This document shows positions 17,841 through 25,905 of a DNA stretch of 33,799 nt, one piece after another. The position numbers were made by a program, and so were the translations under genes. Position 1 is the stretch's first letter. The number at the start of each line of letters is the position of its first letter. Source of the stretch: an uncultured bacterium (GTDB taxonomy: Bacteria; CAZSTA01); assembly GCA_964609495.1 (NCBI GenBank), contig CAZSTA010000016.1, positions 1 through 33,799 of the forward strand, given 5' to 3'. The notes beneath the pieces are model-generated. The model did not search any database. It worked only from the letters and a program-made list of their open reading frames with translations, and was not told the origin of the DNA.

Positions 17841-18278
17841 CTAAAAAGGGAACTTTTTTACCTTGAGCTCTATTTGAAGCAAAAGTTCCCTTTCTCGGAA
17901 GTGCCTGTCAAAGGCAAAGGCTTCTCCACATCCCAACTTCTCCATTACTACAAAACTTACGCAATCTACTACTCCCCAAGTCTTATCTTTATAGCGGAAG
18001 AACATCTCCAGACCAGCAGATTCCATATCTTTGTTGACATCTATTAGTTCTATAATCTCCCGGTTATTAAGCATTTCCCATAGAGCTTCCATTTGAGCAT
18101 AACCAGCTCTAGCTTTTACTAGAGATAGCGCTTCATAAGTTGTCCAAGTAGTAGTAATCATATGTACGTTACTATCCACTAATTGACGGAAAAGCCTGGT
18201 AGCCTTTGGATTATTTTTATCTCTCTTATTAGCGATGGCAACCCAAGCTGAGGCATCGAGAAAAACTGGCCCTATCAT
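17841..18278 (-). CDS. vapC: PIN-domain (VapC-like) toxin with C-terminus altered by a family A insertion
   Basis: VFLDASAW, TTYE, WGVVDCVSF and AFAFDRHF PIN motifs. Start overlaps the upstream stop (ATGA). Confidence 0.88.
   Translation of the reverse strand: MIGPVFLDASAWVAIANKRDKNNPKATRLFRQLVDSNVHMITTTWTTYEALSLVKARAGYAQMEALWEMLNNREIIELIDVNKDMESAGLEMFFRYKDKTWGVVDCVSFVVMEKLGCGEAFAFDRHFRERELLLQIELKVKKFPF
17845..17893. repeat. Family A palindromic element in the 3' end of vapC
   Basis: AAAGGGAACTTTT...AAAAGTTCCCTTT, differing from 9419-9467 only at CT versus TC in the core. Confidence 0.9.
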
Positions 18279-18535
18279 CGTTTATCACCATAAAGATAGC
18301 TATGAAGATTCTCAGATAAGTCTTCTGGTCCCTCAAACATCCCAATTATTTCTAAAGCCTGTTTGATAGATTCTGGACTTCGCCTAACTGGCTCCCTGAT
18401 CCTAGCCTTTGCCTCCTCAATGGTAAGGCCGATCTTAGGATACCTTTGAAATCGTAATTCATCCTCTAATCTTCGGACTCTCTCTTCCATATTTGTCAAA
18501 CGCTCATTTAAGCTCTCCAAAGTTATGGCAGACAT
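18275..18535 (-). CDS. Putative antitoxin of the PIN toxin
   Basis: 86 aa, coupled upstream of vapC. C-terminal GMFEGPEDLSENLHSYLYG resembles VapB-like tails. Confidence 0.75.
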   Translation of the reverse strand: MSAITLESLNERLTNMEERVRRLEDELRFQRYPKIGLTIEEAKARIREPVRRSPESIKQALEIIGMFEGPEDLSENLHSYLYGDKR

Positions 18536-18647
18536 GATATCCAGCTTCCTCTGACTTAATATAGGGTCTTATCCTACAAGGAACAAGACCGCTCTTGAAT
18601 TAGAATAAGGCCCTTTAGCGCTTAATCTCCATTCAGAATCCTGCTTT

Positions 18648-19418
18648 CTAATCCTCCTCGGTCTCTTCTAATTTCCCTATCTTATCTCTCAGCTCCGCGG
18701 CTCTCTCATATTCCTCTCTCTCTATAGCTATTTGAAGCTGATCTTTTAGGCGCTGTTTTAAGCTAGGGGGTTTGCTCTCCTCTATCTCTCTGGCCCAATT
18801 TTTCAGGAAAGCTATCTCCGAACTTGTCTCCATTAGATGCTCCTGATGATACTCCTTGAGGAAATCCTCTATCTTTTGAATCCCTGCATTTATCTGGGAT
18901 AGAGCATCATCATAGTTCTTTCTCTCTAGGCTAATAGAACATCTCGCTCTGGTGTTCATCATTATCACGTAAGCTCTATACTGCTCAGTGGATATAACAT
19001 CCTTCTGATCCACAGCATAATTTTTAACCAGGTCGAACATCCTCAAATTACGTTCGGTATCCCTCTTAGCCCTCTCATAATCTCCTACCTGGAATAAACT
19101 GAGATAGCGATAGTAATATTGAATCCCTTCCTGGTGTAGTTTAGCACAATCCTCACCACTTAATTTGAAGTTTTTATCAGTTCCATATCTGGATTTGTGT
19201 TCTTCAATTAGATCCAGGTAATATCTTAGTAAAGATTCTTTCCCATATGGTTTCTTGCCATCCGGTCTTTCATCCATCTCCATTTGTAGAAGTCCTAGAT
19301 CTAATCTCAACTGAAGCTTATCCTTCCCATCGAGCCCAGATACCTTCCTTATGGAGAGTTCACCGGGAATGTATTCCCAGCCTTCTAAAGTATGGCTTAT
19401 GTCCTTATCACCTTGCAT
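18648..19418 (-). CDS. UvrB/UvrC (UVR) motif-containing protein of unknown function
   Basis: C-terminal LQIAIEREEYERAAELRDKI is a UVR coiled coil. N-terminal region contains QLRLDLGLLQMEMDERPDG. Confidence 0.8.
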   Translation of the reverse strand: MQGDKDISHTLEGWEYIPGELSIRKVSGLDGKDKLQLRLDLGLLQMEMDERPDGKKPYGKESLLRYYLDLIEEHKSRYGTDKNFKLSGEDCAKLHQEGIQYYYRYLSLFQVGDYERAKRDTERNLRMFDLVKNYAVDQKDVISTEQYRAYVIMMNTRARCSISLERKNYDDALSQINAGIQKIEDFLKEYHQEHLMETSSEIAFLKNWAREIEESKPPSLKQRLKDQLQIAIEREEYERAAELRDKIGKLEETEED

Positions 19419-19497
19419 CGTTACTCACCTAGTTATGATCGATAACTAGGCGTGTCACCTCCCCTCCTTACTCTCAAGAGTGACTTCCTAAAAACTC

Positions 19498-20235
19498 TCA
19501 AATATTAAGCTTAAATATCTCCTCAGCGGTTTGAGAGAAACACTTATCCAACTGCTCTTTTGTGAGATTCAGAGCTCGATATTTGGCAAGCTCTGCGCCT
19601 ATATTGGTAGCGAGATCACTGCCAAACATAACTCTGTCAGCAGAAAAGCTATTTATCATTCTTCGGATATCCTCGCTAACGCACCATGAGGTTTCCAGGA
19701 AGATGTTATCGCATTCCGAGGCAGCTACCATCGCTCCGGGCGTTAGAATTCCAAATCCAGCATGAGCTAGGATTATATTTAGGTTTGGATACTGACGAGC
19801 GCGAGGAATGCAAAGCGAAGGGAGGGAAAATGGTATCCCCGGTCCAGTGTGAACCATAACCGCTATTCCTAGCTCATCAGCAGTTTCAAATACCACGCCA
19901 CCATCCTGCGAAGTGGGGTTCACTGCCTGACCAGCAGGGTGAAGTTTAACCCCCACAAAACCGAGTTCCTCTACGCAACGAGATACCTCCTTGAAATATT
20001 CATCTTTATCCCTATGAGGATTAAGACTCGCTATACCGAATATCCTTCCCGGATATTTTTGAGATAATTCCGCGATCTGATCGTGAACTGCCATTGGATC
20101 GGGAGCGCCTGGAAAGGGCTGGACTAACGATATATCGATTCCATTCTCATCCATAGCTCCAATTAGCTCCTCTTCCGTAGCGATATCCTCATATACTCGA
20201 CAAGTTCCTAAGTGTGAATGAGTGTCGATTATCAT
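19498..20235 (-). CDS. Amidohydrolase_2 family metal-dependent hydrolase
   Basis: IIDTHSH, GVKLHP, VHTG, LAHAG and VMFGSD. Confidence 0.92.
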   Translation of the reverse strand: MIIDTHSHLGTCRVYEDIATEEELIGAMDENGIDISLVQPFPGAPDPMAVHDQIAELSQKYPGRIFGIASLNPHRDKDEYFKEVSRCVEELGFVGVKLHPAGQAVNPTSQDGGVVFETADELGIAVMVHTGPGIPFSLPSLCIPRARQYPNLNIILAHAGFGILTPGAMVAASECDNIFLETSWCVSEDIRRMINSFSADRVMFGSDLATNIGAELAKYRALNLTKEQLDKCFSQTAEEIFKLNI

Positions 20236-20281
20236 TTAGATCTCCTCTCAAGTCTCGAAGTTGAACATATTCTCCGTAGAT

Positions 20282-20310
20282 ATTTTAACAGTTTATAGCA
20301 ACTTTGTCAA
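20282..20310 (-). promoter_or_regulatory. Sigma70-type promoter for the amidohydrolase gene
   Basis: TTGACA-17 bp-TAAAAT with extended -10 TG. Confidence 0.75.
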
Positions 20311-20349
20311 GAAAAATCGGATATTCTTATTTGCGAACATAAGTTCGAC

Positions 20350-20381
20350 TTATCCCCAGAACTATCCACAGTTGTGGATAA
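20350..20381. promoter_or_regulatory. Cluster of three DnaA boxes
   Basis: TTATCCCCA (20350-58) and CTATCCACA (20362-70) are each 8/9 matches. TGTGGATAA (20373-81) is a perfect reverse TTATCCACA. Confidence 0.7.
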
Positions 20382-20472
20382 GATCAGATGTTATTCTAAG
20401 TAGTTTCAAAGAAGTTTCTGACTGCTTTGTCGGAGATGTTCGAGATTAGATTAGACCTTGAACTCTCACTAA

Positions 20473-20498
20473 ATCACCATCCCCTAACCCCTCCCGTC
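20473..20498 (+). repeat. Truncated family B left arm
   Basis: ATCACCATCCCCTAACCCCTCCCGTC matches the reverse complement of 29749-29774 with one mismatch. Confidence 0.8.
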
Positions 20499-20546
20499 TT
20501 GGTTTTTGCTGAATTAATAAGGCTATCAAAGAATCTTGCTAATTAT

Positions 20547-20700
20547 CCCCCTAACCCCCTCCCATCAAGGGAGGGGGGGGCTAAAGGGCTTTAGTTCAAT
20601 CTCAGCGTTCCCTCTCCCCTCGTGGGAGAGGGCTAGGGTGAGGGGGAATTAGTCTTGAACTCACAATCGAAAAACTGAGAATAACCAATTATCTGAAACT
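20547..20700 (+). repeat. Family B double-hairpin element with tail
   Basis: CCCCCTCCC-ATCAA-GGGAGGGGG and CCCTCTCCC-CTCGT-GGGAGAGGG hairpins, then AGGGTGAGGGGG. Tail is homologous to 36-93. Confidence 0.9.
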
Positions 20701-20711
20701 ACTTAATATTC

Positions 20712-20740
20712 AGTATAACACCACAGAAGAAAAAAATCAA
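20712..20740 (-). promoter_or_regulatory. Putative sigma70-type promoter firing leftwards into the family B element
   Basis: On the - strand: TTGATT-17 bp-TATACT with extended -10 TG. Confidence 0.55.
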
Positions 20741-20760
20741 ATAAATTTGATTTTCCACCC

Positions 20761-20789
20761 TTGACATATAAATGAATATATGTTATAAT
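20761..20789 (+). promoter_or_regulatory. Perfect consensus sigma70-type promoter
   Basis: TTGACA-17 bp-TATAAT with extended -10 TG. Confidence 0.85.
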
Positions 20790-20861
20790 TATAACAATTA
20801 GTATAACAAAAGGGGTATATGTTAAATCATTATCCCTCACTGGGGAGGTGGTGGGACGATT

Positions 20862-20939
20862 ATGACAGAGGAAAATAGGAAAAGAATTGAGATAATTGTA
20901 TATAGGAGATATCGGGCCCATCACCTGGGCGTGGCATAG
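20862..20939 (+). CDS. Possible 25-aa small or leader peptide MTEENRKRIEIIVYRRYRAHHLGVA
   Basis: Follows the consensus promoter and GGAGGTG (20844-50, 11 nt upstream). No recognisable homology. Confidence 0.3.
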   Translation: MTEENRKRIEIIVYRRYRAHHLGVA

Positions 20940-21016
20940 GAGTTTGCTATGTAGTATGGTAAGTAGATCGTTTGTGCCAACAGATCTGATTTGCTTTCTG
21001 ATTGATGATAGATATT

Positions 21017-21047
21017 AAGGCCGTAGGTGATTCCCTATGGTCTTTTT
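21017..21047 (+). terminator. Intrinsic terminator-like hairpin upstream of rsgA
   Basis: AAGGCCGTAGG-6 nt-CCTATGGTCTT (with G-U pairs) plus a T run. Confidence 0.6.
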
Positions 21048-21089
21048 GCATAATTGGGGAGCAGAATTTATATCGCTATTCTAAAATAA

Positions 21090-21122
21090 AGCCATAGGGT
21101 CTGATATCCTGTGGCTATTTTT
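21090..21122 (+). terminator. Second terminator-like hairpin upstream of rsgA
   Basis: AGCCATAGG-9 nt-CCTGTGGCT plus ATTTTT. Confidence 0.6.
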
Positions 21123-21147
21123 ATTCAATTTAAGGAGGTCCAGATAA

Positions 21148-22110
21148 TTGAGTGATGCTGAAGGAATAGTAGTAAGAACTTCCAGTGGTCATTATTATGT
21201 CCAGCTAGATAATGAGGAGATCAAGGAGTGCTTTATCCGAGGTAAGCTTAAGAAGGAATTGATTTACCCTATTAGCGAAAGCAGACGCCAGGTGGTAGAT
21301 GAGGTGAGGAGAACTAAGATAGTCGATCCTGTGGCTGTAGGGGACAGGGTGAAGATCAGCTATGATGGAGTGGAAATAGGGGTGATCGAAGAGATCATTC
21401 CCCGGCGAAGCGCCCTTCATCGAAGGGCAGCAGGACCAATCCCTCTGCGCCAGGTGATCGTAGCTAACCCCGATCAAGTCATAGTGGTTTTCTCAACTAA
21501 AACTCCCCGTTTTAACGCCTATTTTCTAGATCGCTTTCTGGCAATGGCTGAATCAGAGGAGTTGAAAACTATTATCTGTATAAATAAGATAGATCTGGCT
21601 GATATCGAGGAGTTTGAAGCGATCGCTGATATCTACAGAAAGATAGGATACGAAGTTCTCCTTACGAGTGCAATTACTGGAAGAGGGGTGGAAGAATTAA
21701 AAGATATTCTGAAAAATAAGCTCTCAGTCCTTGCTGGTCCTTCGGGAGTGGGTAAATCGACTTTGTTGAATGTTATCGAGCCGGGGTTAGGGTTGAGAGT
21801 CCGAGAGATCAGCAAAAGCACCAGTAAAGGTAAGCATACCACTAGCAACGTTGAGCTTCTACCTCTGAAGGAGCTGGGAGGCTTTGTTGCGGATACTCCG
21901 GGATTAAGGGAATTGGCTTTCTGGGAAGTGCCTCAAGAGGATTTAATATACCTTTTCCCAGAGATGCGTCCTTATATAGGAAAGTGCAAATTTCCCGATT
22001 GCTCCCATAATACCGAGCCAGATTGTGCTGTAAAGGAGGCGGTCAAGAAGGGAGAGATAAATGAGATAAGATACAACAGCTTCTTGAGAATTTATAGGAC
22101 TCTGGGATAA
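21148..22110 (+). CDS. rsgA: Ribosome small subunit-dependent GTPase A
   Basis: Circularly permuted GTPase order NKID, GPSGVGKS, GKHTT, DTPG. Zn motif CKFPDCSHNTEPDC. TTG start with AAGGAGG. Confidence 0.96.
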   Translation: MSDAEGIVVRTSSGHYYVQLDNEEIKECFIRGKLKKELIYPISESRRQVVDEVRRTKIVDPVAVGDRVKISYDGVEIGVIEEIIPRRSALHRRAAGPIPLRQVIVANPDQVIVVFSTKTPRFNAYFLDRFLAMAESEELKTIICINKIDLADIEEFEAIADIYRKIGYEVLLTSAITGRGVEELKDILKNKLSVLAGPSGVGKSTLLNVIEPGLGLRVREISKSTSKGKHTTSNVELLPLKELGGFVADTPGLRELAFWEVPQEDLIYLFPEMRPYIGKCKFPDCSHNTEPDCAVKEAVKKGEINEIRYNSFLRIYRTLG

Positions 22111-22165
22111 GCTTCGATATTTATCTATAACTTCATATCGCTTAGGTATAGCAAGTTCAGATATT

Positions 22166-22840
22166 CTAGATGTTGTGATCATCTCTTCTCACGTAAATAC
22201 TCTGAGCTATCTCCTCCTCCAGAGCTATCTGAGTTTCCGCTACTTGAATCACATAAGATGGAAATCTCTGATGAATCTTTATCTTGACTCCGGGAGCTAT
22301 CCCGAAGGACATTAACCGATGTAACCGAGGATGATTCTTAGTCAATATATAGGCTACGGTTACTATCTCTCCAATATTAACCGAGGTTAGGGGAACTATG
22401 ACGCTCTCGACCATTTTCTTAGCCTCTAGGCAACATTTTCCCTTGGGGATAGGCAATCCGTGAGGGCATTCTCTAGGGTGCCCCAGGAGAGTGCAAATGC
22501 TATCGGTGACCTCTTCAGAGAGGACATGTTCCAATTTACATGCTGAATCTTCAATGTTATTAGTATCTGTTTCTAGAACATCAACTAAGAGGCGTTCAGC
22601 TAAACGATGTCTTCTGATGATCTGCCTGGCTCGCTCTTTGCCCTCTGGAGTAAGAGAAACCCGCCCATCTTTAATATTGATAAGGCTTCTCCCGACCATC
22701 TCCTCTAAAACGCTGGGATTTATGCCTTCTGGCAAGTTATCTTTTATTGCTTCTAGTTCCTGTTTTCCCTGCTCCTTTAAGGTCCAAATTACCTCCAGTG
22801 TCTCATCGACTTCATTTATTTTCTGAGCGGACATAGCCAT
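22166..22840 (-). CDS. DtxR/MntR-family metal-dependent regulator with C-terminal FeoA/SH3 domain
   Basis: LTPEG...RRHRLAERLL, ACKLEH and CPHGLPIP; FeoA-like RLMSFGIAPG. Confidence 0.9.
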   Translation of the reverse strand: MAMSAQKINEVDETLEVIWTLKEQGKQELEAIKDNLPEGINPSVLEEMVGRSLINIKDGRVSLTPEGKERARQIIRRHRLAERLLVDVLETDTNNIEDSACKLEHVLSEEVTDSICTLLGHPRECPHGLPIPKGKCCLEAKKMVESVIVPLTSVNIGEIVTVAYILTKNHPRLHRLMSFGIAPGVKIKIHQRFPSYVIQVAETQIALEEEIAQSIYVRRDDHNI

Positions 22841-23012
22841 AATCCTTCTCCCTCCTAAACAATCTCCTAATAAGCTTCCCTAATCTGGATTCGGTTGGTA
22901 TATCATATCCACAGTTAGGGCATTTTACCATATCGCATGATTTATGAAGAGGGCAGTTCCGGCAAGCAGCCTCGCCCTTTTCAAATTCAAATCCGCATAA
23001 AGGACATTTCAC
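22812..23012 (-). CDS. Small Cys-rich protein (66 aa from GTG)
   Basis: CPLC-CRNC-C-CPNC. GTG at 23012 overlaps the feoB stop (GTGA), so it is a better start than 23042. Confidence 0.75.
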   Translation of the reverse strand: MKCPLCGFEFEKGEAACRNCPLHKSCDMVKCPNCGYDIPTESRLGKLIRRLFRREKDYGYVRSENK

Positions 23013-25057
23013 AATACGACCCCCAATGCTCTCAAGATCCAATTCAATATCGCTCCTACGAGGATAGAATAAGGTATTATAAAAGCTACTATCGCTATAG
23101 CTGTCTTAAATCCTCTTTCCTTTATGATAACGAAGAAGTTGGCTATACAAGGAACGAAGAGGGTGATCACTACCAGACTCACTATCATTTGGATGTGATC
23201 CAACTTCCCCTCTCTAGCTAATTGATAAAACCCCGCGGCTCCATAATCTCGCCTCAGAAATCCCAAGAGGAAACCTTTAACGCCCTCGGGGGGTAGATCT
23301 AATAAACCTGAGATAATGGGGCTTGCTGATTGCTCTAAGAAAGCTAGTAATCCTATTTTATGAAAGACGAATAGAACGAAGGTGCCCATTAAGAATAAGG
23401 GAACAGCTTCGATGAGGAACCACTCGACTCTGGTATAAGTCTTTATTAGGATATTGTAGAGCTTGGGGACCCTAAGAGGAGGTATCTCCAATATGAAATC
23501 TGAGGTTTCGCCTGGTAGTATCTTTGAAGCCAGGTATCCCACCAGGAATAGCTGAAGAGCGACTACGGAGAAGACCAAGATAATGGCGGAAGTCCCTATC
23601 CAAGATAGCATCCCAATTATTACCCCTAGTTGAGCAGAACAAGGAATACCTAAAGCCAGAAGTAGAGTAGCGATTATTCGCTCCTTCTTGGTTTCCAAGA
23701 TTCGAGTGCTCAAGGTCGCCATAGTATCACATCCCAACCCTAGGATCATTGGTAAAGCTGCCTTTCCATTCAACCCCATCTTTTTGAATATTCGATCGGC
23801 CATAATAGTGAGGCGGGGAAAATAGCCCGAATCCTCCAATATCCCAAAGGCCAGGAAGAAAGTCCCTACGATCGGCATAACGAGCGCCACCGCATAGGTC
23901 AATCCTACTGTTATGAGGCCATATTTGCCCACCAAGGCTTCTTGAATAATAGGGATCGGCAGGATAATCTCGAGCAGGTGAGCGATCCAAGGGTTTATAT
24001 ATCCTCCGAATAGCTTATTTTCCATAAGGTCAACTAGAGTTCCAGCCCCAAACTCCCCCACGAATTTAAATACTAAGTAGAGGACCGCTAAGAATATAGG
24101 GATCCCGGTAAGGGGACGCATTGTCAATTCGCTTATCTTTTGGTTGAGAAGCGTTTTCTGAGGTAAGCTTGATATCACCTCTTGAACTATCTTCTCCATC
24201 TCCCTCTGTCTTATCTGAGCTATTATATAGTTCAAAGGAACATTATACTTGGCTTTAACACTCCTCGCTATATCATCTATCTGCTTGGCAATGTCCTCTC
24301 CGTAATTACCCTCGATCCATCCTCTTATACTATTTTCTCCAGCTAGCGTCATCAATCCTATTGATCTTGCGGATATGGGTGGAGATTCTAAAATAGTCTC
24401 TATTTGCCCTAAAGCAGATTCGATTATCTCTCCATAGTCGATTCTCACCTTAGATTCGAGAGCATTAGTAATGCTTCGTTTTAGATTTGGTATACCGATC
24501 CCATTCGTAGCGGTAGTAGTTACCACTGGCACCCCCAATATCTCCGCTAATCTGTCAACATCAATGCTGATCCTTCGCTGTTCGGCTTCGTCTATCATAT
24601 TTAGATCCAAAACGATCGGTAGATCCATCTCTATTAACTGGGAGGTGAGAAGAAGGGTTCTCAGCAGATTCTTAGCATCAGCTACTTGTAACACCCAATC
24701 AGGTCTCTCCATAAGCAAAACATCTCTAGTTACCTGCTCATCCTCGGACATCGGGAGCAGGCTATTAACTCCAGGGGTATCTACGACCTCTATTACTTTA
24801 TATCCAACTCTTCCAGCTCCTCTAGCTATCTCAACCGTCGTTCCCGGATAGTTGGACACTACAACATATCTTCTCGTGAGATGTCCAAAGACCACGCTTT
24901 TTCCTACATTGGGATTACCTACTAAAGCTAACATCGGATACTTCTTGAGATCACCAAGGCGATGTCGGTGTCTCCCTCCTCTTCTTCCCTCACTATGACT
25001 GTGATCCCACATCTTCCTAGATTCATCTTTTGAATGTTTTAGTCTATGTCGATGCAC
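23009..25057 (-). CDS. feoB: Ferrous iron transporter B
   Basis: GNPNVGKS, NYPGTTVE, DTPG, NMID, LEDSGY, GLGC and IPCSAQ. Confidence 0.96.
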   Translation of the reverse strand: MHRHRLKHSKDESRKMWDHSHSEGRRGGRHRHRLGDLKKYPMLALVGNPNVGKSVVFGHLTRRYVVVSNYPGTTVEIARGAGRVGYKVIEVVDTPGVNSLLPMSEDEQVTRDVLLMERPDWVLQVADAKNLLRTLLLTSQLIEMDLPIVLDLNMIDEAEQRRISIDVDRLAEILGVPVVTTTATNGIGIPNLKRSITNALESKVRIDYGEIIESALGQIETILESPPISARSIGLMTLAGENSIRGWIEGNYGEDIAKQIDDIARSVKAKYNVPLNYIIAQIRQREMEKIVQEVISSLPQKTLLNQKISELTMRPLTGIPIFLAVLYLVFKFVGEFGAGTLVDLMENKLFGGYINPWIAHLLEIILPIPIIQEALVGKYGLITVGLTYAVALVMPIVGTFFLAFGILEDSGYFPRLTIMADRIFKKMGLNGKAALPMILGLGCDTMATLSTRILETKKERIIATLLLALGIPCSAQLGVIIGMLSWIGTSAIILVFSVVALQLFLVGYLASKILPGETSDFILEIPPLRVPKLYNILIKTYTRVEWFLIEAVPLFLMGTFVLFVFHKIGLLAFLEQSASPIISGLLDLPPEGVKGFLLGFLRRDYGAAGFYQLAREGKLDHIQMIVSLVVITLFVPCIANFFVIIKERGFKTAIAIVAFIIPYSILVGAILNWILRALGVVL

Positions 25058-25144
25058 CTTTCCTTCCTTTCCTATTCCCTGTCATCTACAATTATGAAAA
25101 CGGGAAGCATTCTCAATTAAAGATCATAAATTACTCCTAATCCA

Positions 25145-25777
25145 TCACACTTCAGCCAGATCCAGCCATGATATAACAGATAACGCTGGTTTTTTGGCAA
25201 TATACCCTAACTCCGGACCGATAGATTTAAGCACCTCTATTATCGAGGGATCGAATTGAGAGCCACTGCATCTTATACATTCCTCTATAGCCTCTTCCCA
25301 GGCCCTCTTAGGGTGATATGTCCTCTCGCTAGTCATCGCATCCAGGGAATCGGCTACTGCTATTATCCTCGCTCCTAAAGGGATAGTTTCCTCACTTAAT
25401 CCATCGGGGTATCCTCCTCCATCCCATCTCTCGTGATGATGCCTCACAATTATCGCGATTTCCCTAAAGGCCTCAACCCTCTTCAGGATGTTATAACCTA
25501 TTACAGAGTGTTGTTTGATTACTTCATATTCATCAGGTGTTAATCGCTCCTTTTTGAGAAGGATATCATCCCTAATCCCGATCTTACCTATATCATGTAG
25601 GTGAGCAGCTATATGAAATTTCTCTATCTCCGATCCAGCTAGATCCATATTCTTAGCAATCTCTACTACCACATTGGATACTCGCTGAGAATGTCCAGCA
25701 GTATAGGGATCTCTGGCATCGATAGAGGCGGTTACTACCTCTATAAGATCGTGATAATTCCTAGTTGAGATTATCAT
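25145..25777 (-). CDS. Stand-alone HD-GYP phosphodiesterase
   Basis: DPYTAGHSQRV, LHDIGK, HHERWDGGGYP and IIAVAD. Confidence 0.92.
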   Translation of the reverse strand: MIISTRNYHDLIEVVTASIDARDPYTAGHSQRVSNVVVEIAKNMDLAGSEIEKFHIAAHLHDIGKIGIRDDILLKKERLTPDEYEVIKQHSVIGYNILKRVEAFREIAIIVRHHHERWDGGGYPDGLSEETIPLGARIIAVADSLDAMTSERTYHPKRAWEEAIEECIRCSGSQFDPSIIEVLKSIGPELGYIAKKPALSVISWLDLAEV

Positions 25778-25810
25778 TGTAATTTAACTCCTGAAGTAGC
25801 AGGCTATTTC

Positions 25811-25829
25811 GATTTTGATTATCATTTTC
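25811..25829. promoter_or_regulatory. Fur-type box
   Basis: GATTTTGATTATCATTTTC matches GATAATGATTATCATTATC at 16/19. Lies between the promoter and the start of a feoB-containing cluster. Confidence 0.7.
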
Positions 25830-25905
25830 AAATAGATCCCAAAAAAAAAGATCTCTTTTCAGCCGAACTCCAAAAAGAGAATTTATTAAATACTTTCCAT
25901 ATTTA

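Noticed and set aside
17684-17893. Possible CRISPR array hidden in the gap
   Set aside because: The duplicate includes flanking gene sequence, the same palindrome is dispersed elsewhere, and no spacers or cas genes are visible.
20261-20924. ORFs 20261..20449 (+) and 20703..20924 (-)
   Set aside because: They run across promoter elements and DnaA boxes and show no protein-like motifs.
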